DNA of 64,000 nt from Rhizorhapis sp. (lineage in GTDB: Bacteria > Pseudomonadota > Alphaproteobacteria > Sphingomonadales > Sphingomonadaceae): contig NZ_DATEMB010000011.1 of assembly GCF_035276005.1 (NCBI RefSeq), positions 29,175 to 93,174 on the forward strand, in the 5' to 3' direction. The notes beneath the pieces were generated by a model that saw nothing but the letters and a program-made list of their open reading frames with translations, was not told where the DNA came from and ran no database searches. Position 1 is the stretch's first letter; the number at the start of each line of letters is the position of its first letter. The position numbers and the translations under genes are program-made. Below, piece after piece: positions 10,001 through 17,993 of the stretch.

Positions 10001-13000
10001 CTACGGCAGCAGCAGGGGTGGCCGCCAGGCGCTCATGTCCACCTCATCCCTGACCTTGTAGGGAATGCCGCGTGAATTGAGGAACAGCCGTTCCATCTCG
10101 GCTCTCGTGAAGGGCCGCGAACCCAGCCGCCCGAACACCGCCATCTGCCCGCCGGTCTCGTCCACCGCCCGGTCACGGTCCAGGCCCTTGGAAAGCGACA
10201 AAGCGGCGCTCGGCGTTTTCGCCCAGGCGATCAGTTCCGGCTTTGGTGCGGGGGAAAAGCCATAGAAATTGGGTTGGCTGCCGGGACTGGTGAGTTGCAC
10301 GACCTTGAGGCCATTCCGGCCATCGGCGACATAGGCGAAGAGGGAGGCATTGGTGCTCGCGACGATCACATCCTCGACATCGTTCATCCGGCCGCCAAAG
10401 CTTTCCTTGGCATAGAGGCGCGGGACCTCCGGATTGGTGACGTTGACGATGACCAGTCCATCCTGCTTCGCCGCCACATAAGCATAGGTCCGCGCCACAT
10501 AAAGGCGCTGGGCATTGGCGAGCGGGATAGTGCCGGAAGGAACAGCGACCGGATCGCTGAGCTTGGTCACGTCGAACAGCTTCACCCCTTCCCGGTCCGT
10601 TACCCAGAGATAGCGGAACTGGATGGCAGAGGCGCGGGCGTCTGCGAGCGGACGGACAGCGGCGAGCCGGGGTTTCAGCGGATTGTCGAGATCGATAACG
10701 ACCAGCCCCTTGTCCGCTGTGATATAGGCATAATGCCCGGCAAGCGTGATGTGCCGCGCGCCCTTCAGCACGCCGCCTCCGTTCCAGGTGAGGGCGCGTT
10801 TCAGGAAGTTATTGCGGAATTCCCCATCGGCCATGGTGTTGATGTCGACAAGGACCAGCCCCTCCTCGCTGTCGGTGATGAAAGCGTAATTGTAGATGGG
10901 ATGGAAGGGCTGTTCCTGATTGATCTTCCGCAGCTCTGGTGTGTTGCGCAGCGGGTTAATGGGCTGGTTGGTGGCGAGCGCCATGCAGGTGGCGTTCTTT
11001 GTCTTCACTCTCGTGTCATGGCCGAGCGCGGAGAAGGGCGCTGAGACGATCCGTTCGGAAAAGCCCTTGTTGCCGACCGACGCCACGTCATAGACACGGA
11101 AGCCACCCTTGCCTTCGGCTACGAACATATATTCGCCGCGCAGTTGCAGGCAGCCGACACGGCCCCTGGTGCCCTGCGTGATATTGGCGAATTCCTCGAG
11201 CGGTTGGGTTTCGCCCGACAGCTTCTTGTCGAACCTTTTGCCGCGCACCCAGTTTTTGAGCTCGCGCTTGTTCTGCTCGACATGCAGCTTCCAATAATCG
11301 GGATAGGCATATTTCTGGAGATAGGAGCCGATCACCGCCTGCGGTTCGTCCCATTCGGTGACGCGCACCGCTTCGAAGCCGGCCTCAAGTCCCGTCCAGG
11401 CATGGAGACCGACGAAATTCACATAATTGGTTCCGAGCAGCAGGAGCTGCGCCATGATGGCGTTGTTGTCATTCGCCGCCGACAGATGGCAGTCGCTGCA
11501 CTGTTTGGTCTCGGTCTTGCGCACCGTATGCGGGAAATGCGGCGCAAAGGCCTGGCTGGAGAAGCCAATGCCGCTAATGGGCGGCTGCTGGATATAGATC
11601 CGCTCCCGGTTGATGTTGGTTGAGGACAGCACCAGCGCCGAGGTGGAGCGGACCGGCGCGATCTGATTGCCCTTGGTGGTCATGTGACGGCCGAGCTGGA
11701 ACATGTCCTCACGCGCCACCTGCGGGTTATAAGTGGCGAAATTGCGCGTTTCCTCGCCATCATAATGGTGCGTCTTCGACTTCCAATTGGCTTCGATGGG
11801 AAGATGGCAGCCGCCGCAGCTCGTAGTCCATGAGAGATGACAGGTGAAGCAGGCCATTTCCTCGTCATTATGGGCGCGGTCGGCTTTTGCGACGCCCGGA
11901 CCGAAGGCATAGGTCCCGTCCTCCGCGCCTGACCTGCTCATCAGCTTCGCCCGGGCGGCCTTCGCATTGAAATGGGGATTGCCGCGCGTAACGCTGTCCT
12001 TGACGAGGCTCACTTCCCATTCGAGGTGCGGGTCGACAATGGACCGCTGGATGAGCTTGCGGTTGCCCGCGCTGTCATAGATCCACTCGAAGCGCCGCTT
12101 GCCATCGGCATTGCGGAGCAGGGCTAGATTATTGCCCTGCGGCCGCGCCGCAGGACCGGACGTCAGCAGCGTCGGATAAGCGTCGGCTGTGCCATGGCAG
12201 TCCTTGCAGCCTATCTCCACCGCATTGGCGACCTCGCCATAGATGAGGCCATTGCCATGGCTGTCCTGTGCGAAATGGCAGTCGGCGCATTGCAGGCCCT
12301 TTTCGGCGTGGATGTCCATCATGTGGACCGTCTTTCCCGGATTGACACCGGGGGGGACGAACTTGCCTTCGCCTGCCTTGCGCCATTTTTCGGGATCGTC
12401 ATTGGCGACAATCTTGCCGTCGGCATCGAGCAGATTGCCTTCGCGGTCGCGCTTGAAAATGCCCCGGAAGTTCCAGCCGTGCCCGTGATAGTCGGCGAAC
12501 TGCGTATCCTTGAGCTTGGGATTGAGGTCATAGACATTGCGCAGGAAATCAAGGTCAGCCCATTTTCCGCGCGGCGCCGCCCCCTCCGGGTTGCGTTCCA
12601 GAACCTTGTGCACTTCCTCGGCGGTCGGATATTTCTGGCGTTCCGGCCACATGAAAGGCGCGTCGGACTCATAGTCCCACATGGTGTAGCCGAGATAGCT
12701 GTTCAGGAAGATATTGGGCTGGTGCATGTGACAGTTCATGCACTGCGCGGTCGGAATGGCGCGCGTGAAGGCGTGGCGCAGCGGGTGCCCCTTTTCCTTC
12801 ATGCCCGGCTTCTTGAGAGCCCCATGGCCGCCGCCATGACCGTCATCGTGTCCGCCCTCCATCTTGTCCTTGATCGTCGGATCGGCAGTGAGGGACTGAC
12901 CATCCCGCCCATATGGGGCGTAAGTGAGGCTATGCCTCGGCTCCCGGTCATTGGCATAGATGACGTGGCAAGAGGCGCAGCCGGAATGGCGGTAGTCGCC

Positions 13001-13963
13001 GGGCTGGTCATTGGTGCCCATGAACCAGGTGAATGGGTCGTTGAGACGGGTCTTATGGATATTGAGCACCGGAATCGCGACGCGCAGGCCCGTGCCTGGA
13101 CCGCGATTGGACTGCTTGAGGTCCGGCCGCCCCGGCTCTTCCAGCCGCTGGATTGAGCCAGTGGGATTGGGGAGGCCGATTTCCGGGAACTGGGTGTTGA
13201 TGTTGCGCCCGCCGCGTTCGAACACGCGGAAGATGTCGCCGGGCGGGATCACTTGCCAGGTGGGGAGGGGATAAAGCTCGGCGAGTGCTCCGCGCTTCTT
13301 CTGTTCTTCCGTCACCGTGCCCGGAGGCGTGCCGGGAGAGACGATCTTCGCTGGCTCACCGTCCTTGGTATAGGCTTCGCCGAAGATGTAGTTCTTGAAG
13401 GGAACTATGCCGTTATTATAAGCCGCACCGCCCCAGAGCATCGCGCCTGACGCCATCAGCGAACGCTCTGCGGCCTCGATCACCTCGATATGGCAGGCGC
13501 CGCAGGCTTCGCGGGCGACGCGATAGTCGCTGGGATTGACGAAACGGACGAATTGCGGTGCTTCCTTGTTGAGCAGGGCATAGCTGCGCTTGGGATTGGC
13601 CGAGGAGGGGAAGTGCCAGCTTTCCGGGTACATCGGCAGCACATGCGCCTTGTTGCGGGCCGCAATATAGGCGGGGTCGTCATGGGGCAGATCGGCATTG
13701 CCCCGGACAGTGGCGTCGCCGCCATGGCAATCGACGCAGCCCAGTTTCACGGCGGGCGTGGCGTGCATGCTCGGCTGGTCGGTTTCGACATGGCAGCTAT
13801 AGCAGCCGGAGGATTTGGCGGCGACCTCCTCGTCCGTCTGGCTCATCGGCGCGGGCGGGGCGACGGCGTAGCTGCGCTGGACCGGCTTTTCCTCGTCGCT
13901 GGCCAGGGTGGCGGTGAGAGGGATGAGGAGGAAGAGGGCGAGGAAAATCCACCCCTTCGTCAT
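10001..13963 (-). CDS. decahaem c-type cytochrome fused to a C-terminal LVIVD-repeat beta-propeller (secreted)
   Basis: I counted ten CXXCH motifs: CYSCH, CVDCH, CGACH, CASCH, CMNCH, CADCH, CKDCH, CFTCH, CGGCH, CSDCH. The C-terminal third has about six LVIVD-like strands (GFRVYDV, GLVLVDIN, GLVVIDLDNP, GVKLFDV, GLVIVNVTNP, GLKVVQLTSP). The preferred start MTKGWIFLALFLLIPLTATLA (ATG 13963) gives a signal peptide. The track start at 14077 would read through a REP copy. Confidence 0.85.
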   Translation of the reverse strand: MTKGWIFLALFLLIPLTATLASDEEKPVQRSYAVAPPAPMSQTDEEVAAKSSGCYSCHVETDQPSMHATPAVKLGCVDCHGGDATVRGNADLPHDDPAYIAARNKAHVLPMYPESWHFPSSANPKRSYALLNKEAPQFVRFVNPSDYRVAREACGACHIEVIEAAERSLMASGAMLWGGAAYNNGIVPFKNYIFGEAYTKDGEPAKIVSPGTPPGTVTEEQKKRGALAELYPLPTWQVIPPGDIFRVFERGGRNINTQFPEIGLPNPTGSIQRLEEPGRPDLKQSNRGPGTGLRVAIPVLNIHKTRLNDPFTWFMGTNDQPGDYRHSGCASCHVIYANDREPRHSLTYAPYGRDGQSLTADPTIKDKMEGGHDDGHGGGHGALKKPGMKEKGHPLRHAFTRAIPTAQCMNCHMHQPNIFLNSYLGYTMWDYESDAPFMWPERQKYPTAEEVHKVLERNPEGAAPRGKWADLDFLRNVYDLNPKLKDTQFADYHGHGWNFRGIFKRDREGNLLDADGKIVANDDPEKWRKAGEGKFVPPGVNPGKTVHMMDIHAEKGLQCADCHFAQDSHGNGLIYGEVANAVEIGCKDCHGTADAYPTLLTSGPAARPQGNNLALLRNADGKRRFEWIYDSAGNRKLIQRSIVDPHLEWEVSLVKDSVTRGNPHFNAKAARAKLMSRSGAEDGTYAFGPGVAKADRAHNDEEMACFTCHLSWTTSCGGCHLPIEANWKSKTHHYDGEETRNFATYNPQVAREDMFQLGRHMTTKGNQIAPVRSTSALVLSSTNINRERIYIQQPPISGIGFSSQAFAPHFPHTVRKTETKQCSDCHLSAANDNNAIMAQLLLLGTNYVNFVGLHAWTGLEAGFEAVRVTEWDEPQAVIGSYLQKYAYPDYWKLHVEQNKRELKNWVRGKRFDKKLSGETQPLEEFANITQGTRGRVGCLQLRGEYMFVAEGKGGFRVYDVASVGNKGFSERIVSAPFSALGHDTRVKTKNATCMALATNQPINPLRNTPELRKINQEQPFHPIYNYAFITDSEEGLVLVDINTMADGEFRNNFLKRALTWNGGGVLKGARHITLAGHYAYITADKGLVVIDLDNPLKPRLAAVRPLADARASAIQFRYLWVTDREGVKLFDVTKLSDPVAVPSGTIPLANAQRLYVARTYAYVAAKQDGLVIVNVTNPEVPRLYAKESFGGRMNDVEDVIVASTNASLFAYVADGRNGLKVVQLTSPGSQPNFYGFSPAPKPELIAWAKTPSAALSLSKGLDRDRAVDETGGQMAVFGRLGSRPFTRAEMERLFLNSRGIPYKVRDEVDMSAWRPPLLLP

Positions 13964-14049
13964 TCCCGCGAAAGCAGGAATCCATCTATCCTCTTGTCTC
14001 AACGCTGGATATTGCGGCGCGTTGGATCCCCGCCTTCGCGGGGATGACG
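13958..14049. repeat. REP-like 92-bp palindromic element (cgtcattcccgcgaaagcaggaatcc ... ggatccccgccttcgcggggatgacg)
   Basis: Inverted arms were read directly. The element lies between the OMP stop (14077) and the decahaem gene. Its left arm contains the cat (ATG) at 13961-13963. Confidence 0.85.
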
Positions 14050-14076
14050 AGAAAGAGAAAAGGCGCGCCCAGCCCA

Positions 14077-16029
14077 TCAGAAGCTCACGATGGCATTGGC
14101 GAGAATGGAATAATAGGCATCCTTTCCCGCGCTGTTGTCGAAAAGGTCTTTGAAGCCGTCGCCCGCGACTAGCGTCGCTGCAGACAGGCGGAAGACCAGA
14201 TTCTGCGTCGCTTTAGGACGCCAGATCGCGGCGGCGCTGAGGTCCCAGCCGATGTCGCCCGGAATGCTGCCCTCATTGCGCAGCGCTTGGAGCACTGCCG
14301 TGTTCTCGAACCAGAGATGATTGGCGTTTCCTGACAGCCGCAAAGTGGGCGTCAGGTCGAAGTCCGCGCCGGCACCAAGCAGCATGGTGCCGGGATTGTT
14401 GAAATTGCTCTGCCCCTGTTCCTTGGAGGAACGCAGGCTGTTCAGGATTCCGTTGCGGCCGTTGACGCTGACGGCTCGCCCACCCCCCGCAAAGGGGATG
14501 GTTTGGCGGATCCAGTAGCTGGTATCCGCGCCGGCGAAGATCGGGTTTTCGAAAATGGCATCATAGCCGTTTTCGTGATTGTCATATGGATCGCCATCGC
14601 CGCTGGCATAGAGACCGGAGGCACGGAAGCGCATCCAGTCATGATCATAACTGAGTTCCGCAGCGGCGAAAAAGGCGCGGATCTTTGCTTGCTCGCTGGT
14701 GAAGAAGCTGTTCCGGTCCTCGCCCAAAGCGCCATAAAGGGACGCGGTGAGGTTCAGGCGGCCGATGCGCCCATCAGCGTTATAGCCGAGATAAAGGACG
14801 TCATAGTCCCGCCCGCGCAAGTCGCCCAAGAGCGCCGGGCGCACCGGGAACCCATTATCATCGACTTCGATGTCATTCCCCTCCCGATTGCGGTTGTAGA
14901 CCGCCGTTAGCTGGCTGGTAAGGCCGGGAAAGGGAAGGTCCTGCCGGTAAAGATTGGCGAGGAAGATGAAATCATCGCGAGGGCTTTGGACAACGCTGTT
15001 GAGGCCGCTATTGGTGTCCTTCTCCAACCGCCAAAAGGCCGCAAGGTTGAACTGAAAGCGGTTATTGTCACGGTTGCCGAAGAAGCGAATCCCGAGTTGC
15101 TGATCATTGAACAAGAAGCCGCGGAAATCGCTCTGGAAAGGCTGGATACCGGCGCGGATGGATTCAAAATCATAACGGTCGGAGCTGTTGCGCAGGTGAT
15201 AATCCACAAAGGCTTCCTGCACGCCCAGAAAATGGTCGGTTCGGTGGCTCGGCCGCGACGGCTTGACGGACAGTACGCGCCGTTCGGGCACATTCACATG
15301 ATTGATGTTGTAGGCCAGCGTCAGGCGATATTCGATTTCCGGCGGCTTGAAGGCGGTTGAGCCCTTGATGAGAGCCACGCCGCCGATGAAGGTTTGCGAC
15401 AGGACATAGCTCGCATCCTTGCCGAATACGTCAAGACTGCCGGGCCGCTCAGTCGTTTGCACGCCGACTGGAATGGGGAAGGTACGCGGCTCTATCACCG
15501 TGTCGCTGACTGCGTTCACGACGAAGAACCAGTCGTCGCCCTTGATGGGGAGCCAGGGGACCTTGGCGCGGTCGATGGGGCGGTCGCCTTTCAGGGTGTT
15601 CTGGTGATAGGGATCGAACCAGCGTTCCTTCACCACGCCAAGGGATTCGATGAGCCGCCAGCGGTCGGGGATGGGGAACTGGTCGGTCGGAAAGGCCTCG
15701 GGCGGCGGCGGGCGGACTGCGTCTTCATTGTCCTGAGTGACCCGCTCCGGCAGGGTGCGCTGATGGCCGGGGCGTTTGCGGCCTTCTATCAGGGCTTCGT
15801 CGGCAGTCGATGGAGCTTGGGTTTGTTCGTCAGGGGCGAAGGATGCTTTGAAGCCTTCCCGGGATGGGGAGGGGGACCATGCGAAGCATGGTGGAGTGGG
15901 AAATCGTCCTGGCGCAGCGCCTATGAAGGGGATATCCTCCACCACGCCGCCATGCGACGCGGTTCCCCTCCCCGTGCCGGGGAGGATTTCGTGAGCCGCC
16001 AGTGCCAGAAGCGAGACGCCCAACATCAC
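14077..16029 (-). CDS. outer-membrane beta-barrel protein (family not identified)
   Basis: 650 aa with a short signal peptide (MMLGVSLLALA). It has alternating aromatic/Gly-rich strand-like segments (RFQFNLAAFWRLEKD, LTASLYGALGED, RASGLYASGDGD) and the terminal residues AIVSF, ending in Phe as in many OM barrels. The GTG 16029 / ATG 16026 start overlaps the upstream stop. Confidence 0.65.
   Translation of the reverse strand: MMLGVSLLALAAHEILPGTGRGTASHGGVVEDIPFIGAAPGRFPTPPCFAWSPSPSREGFKASFAPDEQTQAPSTADEALIEGRKRPGHQRTLPERVTQDNEDAVRPPPPEAFPTDQFPIPDRWRLIESLGVVKERWFDPYHQNTLKGDRPIDRAKVPWLPIKGDDWFFVVNAVSDTVIEPRTFPIPVGVQTTERPGSLDVFGKDASYVLSQTFIGGVALIKGSTAFKPPEIEYRLTLAYNINHVNVPERRVLSVKPSRPSHRTDHFLGVQEAFVDYHLRNSSDRYDFESIRAGIQPFQSDFRGFLFNDQQLGIRFFGNRDNNRFQFNLAAFWRLEKDTNSGLNSVVQSPRDDFIFLANLYRQDLPFPGLTSQLTAVYNRNREGNDIEVDDNGFPVRPALLGDLRGRDYDVLYLGYNADGRIGRLNLTASLYGALGEDRNSFFTSEQAKIRAFFAAAELSYDHDWMRFRASGLYASGDGDPYDNHENGYDAIFENPIFAGADTSYWIRQTIPFAGGGRAVSVNGRNGILNSLRSSKEQGQSNFNNPGTMLLGAGADFDLTPTLRLSGNANHLWFENTAVLQALRNEGSIPGDIGWDLSAAAIWRPKATQNLVFRLSAATLVAGDGFKDLFDNSAGKDAYYSILANAIVSF
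15855..15985. repeat. imperfect palindromic repeat element (about 45-nt arms) inside the 5' end of the OMP gene
   Basis: Left arm is cttcccgggatggggagggggaccatgcgaagcatggtggag. Right arm is ctccaccacgccgccatgcgacgcggttcccctccccgtgccggggagg. Its translation (PGTGRGTASHGGVVE...SPSPSREG) is the type of peptide produced when a common alphaproteobacterial intergenic repeat is translated. Confidence 0.7.
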
Positions 16030-17993
16030 AGACCGTCACACACATTCTGCTGCGTGCTGTCGAGGAAGGGCGCAAAGGGGCAGCTCACATAGCGCAGCCG
16101 TACCCCTGCCCCCACATCCACCACGATCTGATCCGCCCTGATCTCTTTGGGCGCGTTGCCGATGCCTCCTAACCGCGCTCCGGCATTGTGGGCGCCAAGG
16201 AAGCTGATCATGTCGTCCTGATCAATGCCGTCGCCCGAAACGCCAATCGCACCGACCAGCACATTGCCCCGATAGATAGGCACTGAGCCGGGAAATATCT
16301 GAATGCCGTTGGCAAGCCGGTTAGTCCCAGGTGTTGCGGTGCAGGCTTGCGGCGTGTCTGTGGCACTCGCACCAACCACGAAATTCAGATGCTCGACCAG
16401 ATTGCCGGCGATGAGTGCCGACTGGAGGCCGGTGGAGAAGGGGTTGAACTGTGCGATGGGGCGCGACAGCGGCCCGTTGGGCTGACCCACTTCACCATCA
16501 GGGAAATATGGGCGGGCCAGATTGCCGATGGAGCGATCAGCAAAGGCGGTATTGCCATTGAGCGCCGTCTGGTCATCAAGAAACGTGCGCATCGCCTGAA
16601 TAAAATTCCCTACGTCGCTGCTCGGATTGGCCTGGAGGTCGCTCGCGGCGTTGGGACCGGAGAAGAAAGCCGCCGTGCGCGCCTTTTGCAGCGAAACGTC
16701 TGTGCCGAAGATTGGTGCGTCGGGCGAGCGGACGATACCCAACACCGCGCCGTTGGTGTCCACTACCGAGATGCTCACTTGCGCGCGGCTGTCGAGCGGC
16801 TGACGGATCTGGGCGCGGGCGCGGCTCATGGTGGAGAAGGCTTCCTCCAGCAGCGCGCGGACTTCGGCGGCGGAGAGGGGCTGGGCAACGGCATCGGTCC
16901 CGGCGCGGATGGGATAGCGGTTGGCGCCCGAGCCGTCAGTCAGGACAAAGGCGTCGCGGTTGCTGAACTCGGCGGAGGTCGACGCGCGGATGCCGGACGC
17001 CTCGCTGCCATAAGGGGTGCCTGCGATCACTGCTGGGGTAGGGGTGCCATAATAGCCGGTCACCGCCACCAGCGATCCTGAGGTTGCGGCGTAGCTGGCA
17101 TTGCCGCTGGTCAGGAGCGCCGAATAGCTGGCATCCGCGTAACGGAGCGCCGTTCCATCGACGGTAATGCGGTTGGCGCGGATGCTTTCGGGCGCTGCAA
17201 AGCCAAGCGTTCCGGCAAGCGCTATAAATTCTTCCGGATCGCTGTCGGTATCCGTGATATCGCTGTCGACACCATAATCACCATCGGCCATCACGCCGAT
17301 GCCGCCTACCAGCACGCCATTTTTATAGAGGGGGAACCCACCCGGATCGCCAGCGAGCCCCAGCGGAGAGCGCTTGGGACCAATCAATGCGCCTGTGCCC
17401 GCCGATACATGGCGCGCGGCAAGGTCGGAGCAGGGAAGCTGACTGAACTGCACTCCGAAAAGGGGGCCGCTTTCCAATCCCGCCGTTCCCGGTGCGGGCG
17501 GGAAATGCTCCTGCACGATCATGCTGGCCGTGCGAGTGGAAAAGGCATTGCCGCCGCTCGACAGATATGCCCCCGTGATCGCCTTGGCGATTGCGCCTGC
17601 TTCGGCGGGAAAGCTGGCATTCTGCGCGTCCATATTGGCGCCGTTGGGCGCGGCGCTGGTGGTGGCATTCGCCCGCGCTCCGGGCATGCGGAAAACGGCG
17701 AGCACATTGCCGACCCGGTCGGTCACTGCGATGACGGCTGGCAGATTCCGCGCACTCGCTTCGGCGGCGGCATTAGCGATAATCTGCTCCACATTGGCGA
17801 CTGATAGCGCCTCCTGCGCAGGCGCGGTGTAAAGCTGGGAAGGCGTAGGTGCGGGTGTCGGCGCGGACGTTCCGCCGCTATCCGAGCCGCCTCCGCCGCA
17901 GGAGGAGAGGAGGAAGGCGGCTCCCGTGAGGAAAGTGGTGAGCCACCTTTTCCCGCCATTCGCGCAAAAGCGATTTAAGGCCAGGCACCCCAT
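16026..17993 (-). CDS. lipoprotein with two GlcG/HbpS-like (DUF336, haem-binding/degrading-type) domains
   Basis: The lipobox is FLLSSCGGGGSDSGG. Domain 1 contains LPAVIAVTDRVGNVLAVFRM and GGFPLYKNGVLVGGIGV. Domain 2 contains VSISVVDTNGAVLGIVRSPDAP, SLQKARTAAFFS and GSVPIYRGNVLVGAIGVSGDGIDQDD. Confidence 0.75.
   Translation of the reverse strand: MGCLALNRFCANGGKRWLTTFLTGAAFLLSSCGGGGSDSGGTSAPTPAPTPSQLYTAPAQEALSVANVEQIIANAAAEASARNLPAVIAVTDRVGNVLAVFRMPGARANATTSAAPNGANMDAQNASFPAEAGAIAKAITGAYLSSGGNAFSTRTASMIVQEHFPPAPGTAGLESGPLFGVQFSQLPCSDLAARHVSAGTGALIGPKRSPLGLAGDPGGFPLYKNGVLVGGIGVMADGDYGVDSDITDTDSDPEEFIALAGTLGFAAPESIRANRITVDGTALRYADASYSALLTSGNASYAATSGSLVAVTGYYGTPTPAVIAGTPYGSEASGIRASTSAEFSNRDAFVLTDGSGANRYPIRAGTDAVAQPLSAAEVRALLEEAFSTMSRARAQIRQPLDSRAQVSISVVDTNGAVLGIVRSPDAPIFGTDVSLQKARTAAFFSGPNAASDLQANPSSDVGNFIQAMRTFLDDQTALNGNTAFADRSIGNLARPYFPDGEVGQPNGPLSRPIAQFNPFSTGLQSALIAGNLVEHLNFVVGASATDTPQACTATPGTNRLANGIQIFPGSVPIYRGNVLVGAIGVSGDGIDQDDMISFLGAHNAGARLGGIGNAPKEIRADQIVVDVGAGVRLRYVSCPFAPFLDSTQQNVCDGL

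Noticed and set aside
10274-13156. Plus-strand ORFs 10274..11044 and 12194..13156 (256 and 320 aa)
   Set aside because: They are shadow ORFs opposite the decahaem/LVIVD gene. They have no motifs and biased composition.
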